DNA of 38,088 nucleotides from Bdellovibrionales bacterium (GCA_050246815.1 JBFWVI010000031.1:1-38088); one strand, 5' to 3'. Positions 1-9,870 are shown, counted from the stretch's first letter. A program made the numbers and translations. The notes: generated by a model not told the origin, from the letters alone.

Positions 1-87
1 TGGTGCCCCGAAGAGGACTTGAACCTCCACACCCTTGCGGGCACTAGACCCTGAATCTAGCGCGTCTACCAATTCCGCCATCGGGGC
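1..87 (-). tRNA. tRNA-Leu(CAG)
   Basis: Reverse complement GCCCCGATGGCGGAATTGGTAGACGCG-CTAGA-TTCAGGG-TCTAG-long variable arm-GGAGGTTCAAGTCCTC-TTCGGGGCACCA; anticodon CAG, encoded CCA. Confidence 0.97.
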
Positions 88-100
88 AAAAAGAGCATGT

Positions 101-130
101 AATTTAGGGCTTTAAGGGGTTTTTGGTCAA
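101..130 (-). promoter_or_regulatory. Probable sigma70 promoter of tRNA-Leu(CAG)
   Basis: TTGACC-N18-TAAATT ending 13 nt upstream of the tRNA 5' end. Confidence 0.6.
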
Positions 131-134
131 GGGG

Positions 135-1436
135 CTATTCGACCCGGCCGACCCAGGCCTTAAGGTATTGACCCTCAGGAAAATTCAGGCGGATCGGGTG
201 ATCGGGGGCCTGCACGCCACGGCCTAACCAGCGGATTTTACGGCCCGCTTTGGCCTCGGCCTGGCGAAGGACGTCCACCATATCCATGTCACTGAGGTGA
301 TGCGAGCACGAGCAACTGACGAAAAATCCACCACTTTTGACCTTTTCCATGGCCAGCGTATTGGCCTTTAAATAACCCCGTAATCCAGGGCCATGGTCCT
401 TTTTGCTTTTGATAAAAGCCGGCGGGTCGCAGATCACAATCTCGCAATCCGGGATAGCCGATAACCCCTCTAAAATATCCCGCTCATGCGCATAAACGGC
501 CTTGCTGAATTGGCCTGCGTTTTTTTGCGCCAAGGCTAACGCCGCTGCCGAACCATCCACCAAGTGGACCTCGGGCTGAGCACCCGCGTTTTTAAAGATG
601 CGCGCAAGCTGCGTGCCCCACTGCCCCACATAACAAAATAAATCCAAAATCCGCACTGTGCCCGACGTCTGGGGCGGAATGGACTTCACCAGCAACTCAA
701 GATTACTGGCTTGGTCAAAAAAGAACCCCGTCTTTTGCCCACCGATCAAATCCAAATAAAAAATCACGCCTCCGCTGGCGTTACCATCGCGATTGTCTGA
801 ACCTCGTATCCAGGCTGGAAAATTTTCTTGCGGCAAGGTCGTTTCGCTTTCGGGTTGGTGTAGAGCGAAGACTTGCGGCGGGATCATCTGAAGCCCCTCA
901 AGCTTTCGTGCCCCCACGTCCCGACGAACGACCAACTGAGTTTGCTCCGGTTTTAAACCCGTAACACTTTCAACCCAAGACGCCACCCACGCTGCAGGTT
1001 GGGGCAAATGCAGCTCCATACCCGCAGTTAAAATCTGCATCACCAAGATTTGCCGATCCCCTTCGCGTGTGACAAAGCGATCCATCACTAAGCCCGGAAG
1101 CTCATCGGCCTCACCAAAAATCAAGCGATGGCTGAATGAGGTCAGGCCAAGAAGTTTTCGCCAGTGCCAGGCCGAGGCCACTTTGTCTGACAATCGTTTG
1201 TGGCTCCATGGCTCAAGCTCACCTTCACGGCGAGAAAGTGTGCGAAAACAAATCAAGGAGTGCGGATTACCATAACCACGGGCCAAAAGCTGACCGCGCG
1301 ACGTGCGCAGTTCAACAGGCGCGCCGGGCTGAAGGCCTTTGGGGCTTTCGGCCAATTCGTTGGCGAAGACCCAGGGATGGCCCATTCGAAAGCGCTTGCC
1401 GGATTTTTCAGGCAGAATCCATGTGGTTGTTTTCAC
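135..1436 (-). CDS. rlmI: RlmI-like class I SAM-dependent 23S rRNA m5C methyltransferase (PUA + MTase)
   Basis: GHPWVFANEL, GQKTGFFFDQ, LDLFCYVGQWG, DPPAF, SCSCSHH and APDHP...YLK motifs; GTG start. Confidence 0.88.
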   Translation of the reverse strand: MKTTTWILPEKSGKRFRMGHPWVFANELAESPKGLQPGAPVELRTSRGQLLARGYGNPHSLICFRTLSRREGELEPWSHKRLSDKVASAWHWRKLLGLTSFSHRLIFGEADELPGLVMDRFVTREGDRQILVMQILTAGMELHLPQPAAWVASWVESVTGLKPEQTQLVVRRDVGARKLEGLQMIPPQVFALHQPESETTLPQENFPAWIRGSDNRDGNASGGVIFYLDLIGGQKTGFFFDQASNLELLVKSIPPQTSGTVRILDLFCYVGQWGTQLARIFKNAGAQPEVHLVDGSAAALALAQKNAGQFSKAVYAHERDILEGLSAIPDCEIVICDPPAFIKSKKDHGPGLRGYLKANTLAMEKVKSGGFFVSCSCSHHLSDMDMVDVLRQAEAKAGRKIRWLGRGVQAPDHPIRLNFPEGQYLKAWVGRVE

Positions 1437-1459
1437 AGAACTTGTGCTATCACAGCGTC

Positions 1460-3052
1460 TTACATGGTGACAACGCGTTCGACCCCATTTTTATCGACAA
1501 CCACGCGGTAAAGCACATCGCTTAAAGTGGTTTCACCCCTGGGGACACGCCTGAGCGTCTGCCACAGCCCGCGTGGTCGAAGCCGGCGCACCACCACGGC
1601 GGCGTGGAAATGGTAGATCCGATGTGAGCGAATCAACTTCAACTCGCCTTCGCCATCAAATAAACTAATGGTTTTATAGGGATCGTCCAGTCGCTTTAAA
1701 AAGCGCTCAATGTTGACCCGAACAACCTGCTGGATCGAACGCTCGAACTCTCCATAAGAAGTCGAAGACGGCTCGAGTTCGAATTCCTGGCCATAGTGCA
1801 AAACCTCTTCGGGCAGATGGCATTCGGCTTCGGTCAGGTCACCACCGCGACGTCGTTTCAATATCGCTTTGGGCAAATCACATAAGCGCCGAACAGAAAA
1901 CCACTCGCGCACTTTGCCGATTTTGCGACCGTCCGCCAACAAGGACTGCTCGGCTTCGGGCAAGATCGCAGCCAGCTTTTTAGTGAAAACCGCACGAAAT
2001 TGATCTTTCAATCGATCCTTTAAAACATAAAGCGCAACGCCGATGCAGATCACCACTACGCCCTTTAAACCCACCGCCTGCATACGGCCTTGCGAGAAAT
2101 ATTCAAACGCTCCGGCCCACATGGCCGCAAAAGCTGCGGCCCCGGCTGCTGCGGGCTCAGAAAACCGACGAATGGTTTCTTTACGGTGAACTTCGATGAA
2201 CATTTGTGATTGAAAGAATTTTTTGATCTGGCTTAAACGAAGCAAACGCAACTCTTCGGCGGTTTGTTCATCGCCTTCTTCCTGCAACTCGAATGATTGA
2301 AAGCGTCGGGCCTCGGTTTGGCGCAGGCGCGCCACCGCCATCTGCAGACGCTGCCACTCACCTTGAGCGGCTTCGCCTTCGGGCGCGGCCATAGCGCTTT
2401 GCTCCTGGCAAAGTTTGATTAAAAACTCGGTGTACAGGTTGTGCATGTACTGCCGCAATAGCCGTATCACGGGCACGCCGGTCGCCGCATGATCAGCACT
2501 CAATTCGTCAGCTTCGGCCACAAGCCGATCAATCTTGAGCAGGCTTTCAAGTGCTTCGCTAAGAATCTTTTCAGGGTGTGGTGCCAGGTTCGAACGCGAG
2601 GCCGCCACCAGAAGCTCACTGCGCAAACGACGGGATTCATGCTTTAAAAGCTCACCAAGGACTGCGCCAAGTTCACGGGTCTTTTGAAATAGCTCCTCTA
2701 AGACCGTCGAGCTTTCATCCGCGGCAAAGCGTTCAAGCAGATCGCGAATACGGGCATAGTGGGTTTTTACACTGGATTCTTGGCGTGAGACATTCTGTTG
2801 AATCGCCAGCCGCAAACGTGAATGAAAGTCGTGGCGCAGCTCTTGGCGAGTCCAGGTTTGTAAATGCAAACTATTTGGCAAAAACAAAAATAAATCCACG
2901 GCCAAAGTTTCACGGGTTTCAGGGCACGCCAGGGCAACCTTCAATTCGAGGTTGTGCTGATCATGTCGCGAAAAGGTGACCGGACGGTTGAAACCGCGGT
3001 CCACTGGGAATGTGTTTGTCGTCCGTGACAATTCCGGTGCAGAAGGTGTCAA
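1460..3052 (-). CDS. Hypothetical protein with helical N-region, central 2-TM hairpin and beta-rich C-region
   Basis: 530-aa ORF, TTG start after GAGGAGGG-like RBS; hydrophobic segments AAAGAAAFAAMWAGAF and GVVVICIGVALYVL. Confidence 0.8.
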   Translation of the reverse strand: MTPSAPELSRTTNTFPVDRGFNRPVTFSRHDQHNLELKVALACPETRETLAVDLFLFLPNSLHLQTWTRQELRHDFHSRLRLAIQQNVSRQESSVKTHYARIRDLLERFAADESSTVLEELFQKTRELGAVLGELLKHESRRLRSELLVAASRSNLAPHPEKILSEALESLLKIDRLVAEADELSADHAATGVPVIRLLRQYMHNLYTEFLIKLCQEQSAMAAPEGEAAQGEWQRLQMAVARLRQTEARRFQSFELQEEGDEQTAEELRLLRLSQIKKFFQSQMFIEVHRKETIRRFSEPAAAGAAAFAAMWAGAFEYFSQGRMQAVGLKGVVVICIGVALYVLKDRLKDQFRAVFTKKLAAILPEAEQSLLADGRKIGKVREWFSVRRLCDLPKAILKRRRGGDLTEAECHLPEEVLHYGQEFELEPSSTSYGEFERSIQQVVRVNIERFLKRLDDPYKTISLFDGEGELKLIRSHRIYHFHAAVVVRRLRPRGLWQTLRRVPRGETTLSDVLYRVVVDKNGVERVVTM

Positions 3053-3151
3053 CCTCGAGCCCCTCCCTCATTTCCTATTCCAGAAAAATCAAGTCAGAAA
3101 TACAACAGGATTCTGTTAGTTCGGTAAAAAAAGGGCGGCTAGCCTAAAGTC

Positions 3152-4048
3152 TTAGGTCTTTTTTAGTAAGACCCAGGTCACCTCATGTTTGTTGTGCGAG
3201 AGGTGTATCGCTTTCGAACCAGGGATAGCCTGAAACTTTTTAAGCATGGCAAAGTCGGTGGTCCCTTGGAACTTGATGGTGCACACAAAATTTTGCACCA
3301 TGCCACTTTCACGCCACATCTGCGCCAGTTCGAGCAAGCGCTGCGGATAGCAGACGATGTCGCTGAATAACCAGTCGATCGGGCCGATGGCTTCGGGCCG
3401 CAGGCCAAAGGCATCTTCTTTCAGAAACTCAACCCCTTTTAACTTCGCGATTGTCGGTGCGAGTGGCGCTTTGTCGACGGCTAGGACTTGGCAGCCCATG
3501 GTTTGCAACACCCAGGTCCACCCGCCCGGGGTCGCCCCCAGATCCAGGCAACGAGCGCCTGGTTTGGGTTCGATGCCGTGGACCGTGAACAACTCCCACA
3601 GTTTCAAGTACGCACGGTTTGGTGGCCGCTTGTCTTCGCTGAAATGAACTTCACCGTTGATAAAGGGCGACGATGTTTGTCGCGACAGCAGCAACTGACG
3701 CGAATCCAACAAAGTCCACGCCCCCATTTGGTCCTTGGGCAATGCCGCCAAAAAATGGATCGGCTTTTGCTTGGCTGTGGGAACTTGCTGTTCGATTTCG
3801 TAGGCCCAACGTGAATCACCGTGAGTGTAATGAGCCCAATGGCGACCACGGCGGCGCAGCTCTTGGACCGCCTGAGCGACAGAACTAATCGAAATGATCT
3901 CAGGTTGAAGCCAAATATTCTGAGCCCAAACCGGATCGGCCTGAGGATGCTCACTCAAAAAGAGGCGGCCATGCTGGCGCTTTAGTTTCAGCACCTCGTG
4001 AGCGAGTTCCTTTTCAAATCCCTCGGCGGCAAAATAGGCCTTCATCAT
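3152..4048 (-). CDS. rlmM: RlmM-like (FtsJ fold) 23S rRNA 2'-O-ribose methyltransferase
   Basis: PPNRAYLKL, LDLGATPGGWT, AVD, WLFSD, TIKF and HNKHEVT match the RlmM K-D-K-E layout; start moved to ATG 4048 (MMKAYF) from ORF start 4156. Confidence 0.8.
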   Translation of the reverse strand: MMKAYFAAEGFEKELAHEVLKLKRQHGRLFLSEHPQADPVWAQNIWLQPEIISISSVAQAVQELRRRGRHWAHYTHGDSRWAYEIEQQVPTAKQKPIHFLAALPKDQMGAWTLLDSRQLLLSRQTSSPFINGEVHFSEDKRPPNRAYLKLWELFTVHGIEPKPGARCLDLGATPGGWTWVLQTMGCQVLAVDKAPLAPTIAKLKGVEFLKEDAFGLRPEAIGPIDWLFSDIVCYPQRLLELAQMWRESGMVQNFVCTIKFQGTTDFAMLKKFQAIPGSKAIHLSHNKHEVTWVLLKKT

Positions 4049-4259
4049 AAACCTGGTAAAATTTTCCCTATCACAATCAAAAATGCTTTTTAATAACAAA
4101 CAGTTAAGGCGCGTTTGTGCGCCAATTTTGCGCTCATCAGAACGCGAGTTTGGCACTGTTTGAGGGCGAATTCACCTTTAAATCGAAAGTATTCGCCAAC
4201 CAAACCTTTCGACCACAGGCACGAAACTTGGATCTAAAAGACCTGGGAGTGTTGGGGTT

Positions 4260-6215
4260 ATGGGTATGGGTATGGGTTCAACTCGAATAAAATTTGGTCT
4301 GATCACTGCTCTGGTGTTCAGTTTGCTGAGTTCGGCATTCGCTCAAGCTGAACGCAATCTGGCCAGCAACAGTTACAACTCGTCGGTGATGGACTATATG
4401 CAAACGCCTCCCGGCGCTGGCGACGCCGACCAACGTGGCCTGTACGATGGTCGAAAGTTTCCGCGATTGTGGATGGGCAGTATTCGCTGGGAGCAGCCTA
4501 TCGAAACCGCACGCTATGATGTCGACGTGGCGCTTTCACCAGTTCTTGACTTAAATTACACGTTTCAATTGCAACCTCAACTGCGCAATCCCGACAACCA
4601 CATCCGTCATATGGCAGAAGGCTATTACGTCTTGCGAATGGTGGTCTTGCGCCCTTCAATGCAAGAGGACAACGACACTGAATCCGGTACTCGCGCAGAT
4701 TTGTCCGTCTATCGACGCTACGTCGCTGGCACCGAACGAATCGTACAATTGAGCCAAGGTGTGATTAAAACTAATGTGTCTTTGCGCTTTCATACAATTT
4801 CCGCCACGGCCATGCGCAACACCCTGTTGATTCAAATGCTGCCGATTAAAACCAAAAGCTTAAAATTCGACAAATCCGGACTGGTGCGTGCCGATTCAAG
4901 CTATGAGCTAGATGACAAGCCTGGCTACTTCGCGAATGTGATCCGCATTCCTTTCGTGCCACGCTACAGCTCGGGATTGGCCACACCTCCAACGGCAGTG
5001 ACGGCAAAAGACGTGAATACTCATGAGGAGTTTTTAGATTTAGGTTTGTTTCTTCGCCAGGCCGAAAATTTGATCCGTTACTCACGCATTGCCTCGCAAA
5101 AGCCCAAAGATCCAAAACCGACAGCCAAGGCCTTGGGGTTGGCGTACTTTGATTTGGAGAGCTCTGAAGTGGCCATGGCGCTGGGGCGCTTCACCAACAA
5201 CAATTCACCGAACCTGACTTCGGCCCAGCTGGCCGATGAAATTTCTAAAATCAACCAGACCGATGCGGTCTTGAACGAAGGTCTTGCGGCCTCGTTTTGC
5301 CGCCTTTTGACCGCGCGACTTGAGGTGGATTCACGTCTGCTTGGTCACGGAGATATGAATAAAAAACGTTTAGAATTGCTTTATCGAAACCAAATGTTTG
5401 CCAACTGTGTCTTTGCCCCAGAACAACATTTCACGCTGATTCGTCAGCTTCATGTGCGCGAAATCGGCGATCGGCCCAACGACACTAAATATGTGCAGGG
5501 CGCGCCGATCCGCATGGGTTTGAACGCCAACTTTGCCACCAATCGAAGTCACACCCAAGACACCACTTCGACCTGGTCCCAAGGTATCAGTCCCTTATTC
5601 AGCCCGATCGACCTGCGTGGTGTTGTTCGTCTGGGCTATTCTTATAACATTTCGGACACCAACACGCGCGCGCGCTTTGAAGGCACCATGGTTTCAGCAG
5701 GTGTCGATCTTGAGGCGCATCAGTGGGACATGAGTGTGACATTAAATGACTACACCCCGTGCTTGGCTGTCGTGCCCAAGGTGCACAGCCCAAGCTGGAC
5801 CACGGCCAAAACTGTGACGGGTCTTTATTTATGCGACCGCGCCAGCCGTCATTCGGTTCAAGTGACTGAACGCTTTTATCATATTTTCCCATCGGCTACT
5901 TCGTCGCCGACGCTGGATTTGCTGAACCCGCGCAATCAGGTGGTCAACATGGTCTTGCGCGGACAACGCGATTACTACGCCTTCTTAAGTGCGATTCGCG
6001 GCTTCATCCGTCCGTCTCATGATCAAAAACAAAATATTGCCTCCGAATTGCGGCAAGTGACCCGCATCTATGCCGGGTCTAGTCCTTCAATAGCCACCGT
6101 CTTCAGTTATCCTGTGGCATTGGAAGGCCCTAAGAGCCAAAGTCGTGCAGCTGCTAACGACGACCCTAGTTTTTGGGATCGCTTCTTCCACCGCCACGAT
6201 CCTAAAATAGATTAG
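4260..6215 (+). CDS. Secreted hypothetical protein, 651 aa
   Basis: Long ORF with Sec signal peptide (RIKFGLITALVFSLLSSAFA); exact start among three ATGs uncertain. Confidence 0.82.
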   Translation: MGMGMGSTRIKFGLITALVFSLLSSAFAQAERNLASNSYNSSVMDYMQTPPGAGDADQRGLYDGRKFPRLWMGSIRWEQPIETARYDVDVALSPVLDLNYTFQLQPQLRNPDNHIRHMAEGYYVLRMVVLRPSMQEDNDTESGTRADLSVYRRYVAGTERIVQLSQGVIKTNVSLRFHTISATAMRNTLLIQMLPIKTKSLKFDKSGLVRADSSYELDDKPGYFANVIRIPFVPRYSSGLATPPTAVTAKDVNTHEEFLDLGLFLRQAENLIRYSRIASQKPKDPKPTAKALGLAYFDLESSEVAMALGRFTNNNSPNLTSAQLADEISKINQTDAVLNEGLAASFCRLLTARLEVDSRLLGHGDMNKKRLELLYRNQMFANCVFAPEQHFTLIRQLHVREIGDRPNDTKYVQGAPIRMGLNANFATNRSHTQDTTSTWSQGISPLFSPIDLRGVVRLGYSYNISDTNTRARFEGTMVSAGVDLEAHQWDMSVTLNDYTPCLAVVPKVHSPSWTTAKTVTGLYLCDRASRHSVQVTERFYHIFPSATSSPTLDLLNPRNQVVNMVLRGQRDYYAFLSAIRGFIRPSHDQKQNIASELRQVTRIYAGSSPSIATVFSYPVALEGPKSQSRAAANDDPSFWDRFFHRHDPKID

Positions 6216-6238
6216 GGCCTAAGGTCTTGTTTTCCCCT

Positions 6239-6287
6239 GAGCTCATCTCATAAATAGCCGCCACCCGGCTATTTATGAGATGAGCTC
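6239..6287. repeat. Perfect 22-bp inverted repeat with 5-nt loop
   Basis: GAGCTCATCTCATAAATAGCCG-CCACC-CGGCTATTTATGAGATGAGCTC. Confidence 0.95.
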
Positions 6288-6349
6288 TTGAGAGAACTAC
6301 ACAATAAGCCCCTTGGCTTGGCTGCGCTTTTTCTGAATAATAAAGAGGC

Positions 6350-8440
6350 ATGCGCGCCATCTTCGATTTTATTAAAAACTGGCGAAACGCGGGTCGAGCT
6401 CGTAAACACATCGACTCCCTTTTTGCCATGACTCCTCCCACCAGCTCTTCGTTGCGCAAACGATTGGATTGGTTTGGCGATTTGATTCAGTGGGTACGCT
6501 CGGAAGGACAACTGAAAAGTGACTTGGATTTTGCTTCCGGTGCACCGCAGGCAGCGCGGGTTAAATACGCGCTTTTGATTTTGCAGCGTAACCCAGAATG
6601 GAAACGCCAAGTTTCGCAGACTTTGCGCTCGATCATCGAAGACGCACGCGCGCTTGAGCTTTACATGACCTCGGGCATCCCCAACCAAGCCGGTGTTTTG
6701 GCGGAAGCACTTGAGCGGATACAAATCAAAATGCTTCCAGCCGCAGGCAACGATCAAGATCTGGTGAGCATCTTCACACAAACCTTCCGATTTGAGTCCG
6801 ATGCGGTTTGGATCCACCAAATCGATCCACAGACTTTCTCAAGTGTGTTGGATCTGTTCATGTTCGAGGCGCCAGCAGACTTCGCGACTAACAACCGATT
6901 GGTCGTGGATGCCCGCGATGCCTTATTTTTACTGGCTTACCAAGTCAGCGCCATGGGCCTGCACAATTCGATTCGGCACCGCGCTTCGTACCAGCACTAT
7001 CGCGAGATTCCCTTCTTTCAGTTGCCGCAAGTGGCACAGCACTTTCTGGACAACCAAGCGCGCGAAAAAATGGTGATCAACTACGCCCAGCTTAAGCCTC
7101 TGATGAAAAAGTGCCATGCCATGCTGCAAGAGGTTTACAACCACATGGACGAACACGGCGTGGGCGTCGAATTAGTCTATCAATTAGACCGCATTGAGGC
7201 CAGCTTGAACCGCATGCAAACTTTAGCGGATCTGCTGTGCGAACCCAATCCCACGCAAATTCAAAATCTGGTCTCACTGATGATCAGCGAGAACGTACGC
7301 AGCCGCAGTTTAACCGCTCTTCTGGTAGATAGCCTGTCCTTGATTTCGCGTAAAATTTCAGAGACCAGTGCGGAAACGGGGGAACATTACATCACGCGAA
7401 CATGGGCCGAATACAAAGACATGGTGAACCGCGCCTTAGGCGGTGGCCTGTTAACCGGCCTGACCACCTTGTTCAAATTTTTAATCAGCTATTTGCCACT
7501 GTCGCCATTTATGTCGGGAGTCGCGGCTTCGCTTAATTTCTCTTTTAGCTTCATTGGTCTTCAGTTCTTGGGGTTCACTTTAGCCACGAAACAACCTGCA
7601 ATGACCGCCGCCACCATGGCCGACCAGATGAATCAGGCGTCGGATCCCGAATCTCTGGAACGTTTAATCGACGAGATCGTCTGTTTGATCCGCTCTCAGG
7701 TGGCCGCCGTATTTGGCAACATCGTGGGGGTGGTTCCCGCCGTTTTGGTGATCGCCGCTCTTGCCCAAACACTCTTTGACTACCGCTTGCTGAGTGTGGA
7801 CAAAGCTTACCAAACAATAAAAGATTTTTCGCTTTTGGGAATGACGCCATTTTATGCGGCCTTCACGGGAGTTTTGCTGTTCGCTTCGAGCTTGGCTGCC
7901 GGCTGGATTAACAATTGGGTAATTTACCGGCGTCTGCCCAACACTTTGGCCCACGACCGACGTCTGATTTTTACCTTAGGTGCAGATGGCGCACGCAAGC
8001 TTTCGCTCTTTGTTCGCCGCAACGTCGCGGGCCTTGCTGCCAACGTTTCATTGGGCTTTTTTTTGGGGATGACGCCTTTGATCGCGCAATTTATCGGTTT
8101 GCCATTGGACGTGCGGCACGTGACCTTGTCGACAGGCTCATTGACTGCGGCCGTGATGACCTTAGGTGCAGAGTCTTTTCACATGGGTAAATTTTGGTTG
8201 GCCGTGGCCGGCATCGTCAGCATGGCCTTTTTGAACCTGTTGGTCTCTTTTGCCTTGGCCATGACCGTTGCCATTCGCGCAAAAAAGATCAAGGCACCTC
8301 AACGAAGCCTGATCTATGCCAATCTATGGAGACGCGTGAAAAGCCAGCCCCTGGCTTTCTTTTGGCCCGCCAAAGTTGAAAATCCCCCCGGTCGGGTGAT
8401 CAAAGATGTCGAACTAAAGCAAGACTCCAGTCAAAATTAG
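6350..8440 (+). CDS. PF10136/Gcr-family protein (conventionally annotated 'site-specific recombinase'); polytopic membrane protein
   Basis: Family motifs TGEHYITRT, LATKQPAMTA and GLPLDVRHVTLSTG; about six hydrophobic helices in the C-terminal half. Confidence 0.85.
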   Translation: MRAIFDFIKNWRNAGRARKHIDSLFAMTPPTSSSLRKRLDWFGDLIQWVRSEGQLKSDLDFASGAPQAARVKYALLILQRNPEWKRQVSQTLRSIIEDARALELYMTSGIPNQAGVLAEALERIQIKMLPAAGNDQDLVSIFTQTFRFESDAVWIHQIDPQTFSSVLDLFMFEAPADFATNNRLVVDARDALFLLAYQVSAMGLHNSIRHRASYQHYREIPFFQLPQVAQHFLDNQAREKMVINYAQLKPLMKKCHAMLQEVYNHMDEHGVGVELVYQLDRIEASLNRMQTLADLLCEPNPTQIQNLVSLMISENVRSRSLTALLVDSLSLISRKISETSAETGEHYITRTWAEYKDMVNRALGGGLLTGLTTLFKFLISYLPLSPFMSGVAASLNFSFSFIGLQFLGFTLATKQPAMTAATMADQMNQASDPESLERLIDEIVCLIRSQVAAVFGNIVGVVPAVLVIAALAQTLFDYRLLSVDKAYQTIKDFSLLGMTPFYAAFTGVLLFASSLAAGWINNWVIYRRLPNTLAHDRRLIFTLGADGARKLSLFVRRNVAGLAANVSLGFFLGMTPLIAQFIGLPLDVRHVTLSTGSLTAAVMTLGAESFHMGKFWLAVAGIVSMAFLNLLVSFALAMTVAIRAKKIKAPQRSLIYANLWRRVKSQPLAFFWPAKVENPPGRVIKDVELKQDSSQN

Positions 8441-9745
8441 ACTGGCCATCGAGAAGTACAAAACCAAACCCGTCACATCAACCAGCGTTGCCACCAGGGG
8501 CGCCGATGCCGCGGCCGGATCAAGACCGAAGCGCCGTAAAACAAAAGGCAGCATGGCACCGGCCAATGATCCCCACAAAACAACACCGATCACGCTTGTA
8601 GCCACGGTGATGCCGATCAGCCAGAAATGCTCCGTGTATTGCGCATCCTTAATGGGCCAAAGCACAACGCGCATTAGACCAATCACCCCCAAAAAAGTGC
8701 CTAAGGCTAAACCCATAGCCAGCTCACGCATCAAGACCCTCCACCAGTCGCGCAGCTGCAGTTCACGCAAAGCCAAGGCCCGAATGATCAGGGTTGAAGC
8801 CTGCGAACCGGAATTACCGCCACTTGAAATGATCAAAGGAATGAACAAAGCCAAAATCACGGCCTTTTGAATATGGTGCTCGAAATACCCCATGGCTGAA
8901 GCTGTGAACAGTTCGCCGATGAACAAAATGGTCAACCACACGCCGCGTTTTCTGAACATCTCCCGGAAACCAATTTTTAAATATGGAGCATCGAGCGCCT
9001 GGGTACCGCCCAACTTTTGAATGTCCTCGGTGGCCTCTTCTTCGACGACGGTGACGATATCATCGACCGTGACGATACCCTTCATGCGCTCTTCTTCGTC
9101 GACCACCGGCATGGCCATAAATTCGTGCTGGGCGAATTGGCGTGAAACTTCTTCTTGATCCATTTTTTCGTCAATCGAGACCACCTCTTTGATCATGATT
9201 TCATGAACAAAACGGTTGGGCGGAGCCAAGAATAATTCGCGAAACGAGACAACACCTTTAAGCTGTTGGAGCGCGTTCAAAACGTAGGCGTAATAAATAA
9301 TTTCAATCGGGTTACGGGCCTGTGCACGAATGTAGCGGATGGCCTCTTCGACGGTCATGTCCGGTCGCAGCCGAATGTAACGGGGATTCATCAAACCACC
9401 CGCGTTATCTTCGGCATAGGCCAGCAGACCACTGACTTCGTGACGGGTCTGTTCATCCAGTAGCAACAGCGCGTCCTGGCGCTGCTCCAACTCAAAAAGC
9501 TGTATTAAATCAGCCACGTCGTCGGGCGCAAGCAAACGGATCCAAGAGCGTTTCTCGAGCGGCGAAAGCTCGCTGAGCAATTCAAATTGATCGGGGCCTT
9601 TAAGGTTAAGAAAGAGCTCTTCGGCCTCTGTTCGAGGCAACCGATTGAAGTACTCTTTACGCGCGTCGAGTGGGAGCGTGCTCCAGTGCTCGACCAGCGA
9701 AGTCACAGATGTGGTGTCGAGTTCCGCCAGGGTCTCCATCACCAT
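8414..9745 (-). CDS. mgtE: Magnesium transporter MgtE
   Basis: MgtE_N, AGGLM + CBS pair (YYAYV, GIVTVDD), PLIISSGGNSGSQ, DPAAASAPLVATLVDVTG; 3' end overlaps the convergent gene by 27 nt. Confidence 0.96.
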   Translation of the reverse strand: MVMETLAELDTTSVTSLVEHWSTLPLDARKEYFNRLPRTEAEELFLNLKGPDQFELLSELSPLEKRSWIRLLAPDDVADLIQLFELEQRQDALLLLDEQTRHEVSGLLAYAEDNAGGLMNPRYIRLRPDMTVEEAIRYIRAQARNPIEIIYYAYVLNALQQLKGVVSFRELFLAPPNRFVHEIMIKEVVSIDEKMDQEEVSRQFAQHEFMAMPVVDEEERMKGIVTVDDIVTVVEEEATEDIQKLGGTQALDAPYLKIGFREMFRKRGVWLTILFIGELFTASAMGYFEHHIQKAVILALFIPLIISSGGNSGSQASTLIIRALALRELQLRDWWRVLMRELAMGLALGTFLGVIGLMRVVLWPIKDAQYTEHFWLIGITVATSVIGVVLWGSLAGAMLPFVLRRFGLDPAAASAPLVATLVDVTGLVLYFSMASLILTGVLL

Positions 9746-9787
9746 TTCCCATTGTTATGACCTTTTCTTGTCAGATTAATCGGTGCA

Positions 9788-9832
9788 ACAAAGAAGGCTT
9801 GAATCGAGACTTACCCCAAATCGGTTCAAGCC
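9788..9832 (-). terminator. Probable intrinsic terminator after the peptidase gene
   Basis: GGCTTGAACCGA-N13-TCGATTCAAGCC followed by TTCTTTGT on the minus strand. Confidence 0.55.
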
Positions 9833-9870
9833 GCAAATTTTTTATGAAGAGTTCTAGAGCCCATCTTGCT

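Noticed and set aside
4217..4232. Sigma54 promoter AGGCACGAAACTTGGA before the 651-aa gene
   Set aside because: Good -24 element, but GG instead of the near-invariant GC at -12; too weak to call
6350..8440. Treating the PF10136 gene plus the upstream inverted repeat as a mobile element
   Set aside because: No recombinase catalytic motifs, the protein is polytopic membrane, and there is no matching repeat at the other end
9746..9870. M-box (ykoK) magnesium riboswitch upstream of mgtE
   Set aside because: Only 125 bp, with no recognisable M-box core; the single hairpin is explained as a terminator
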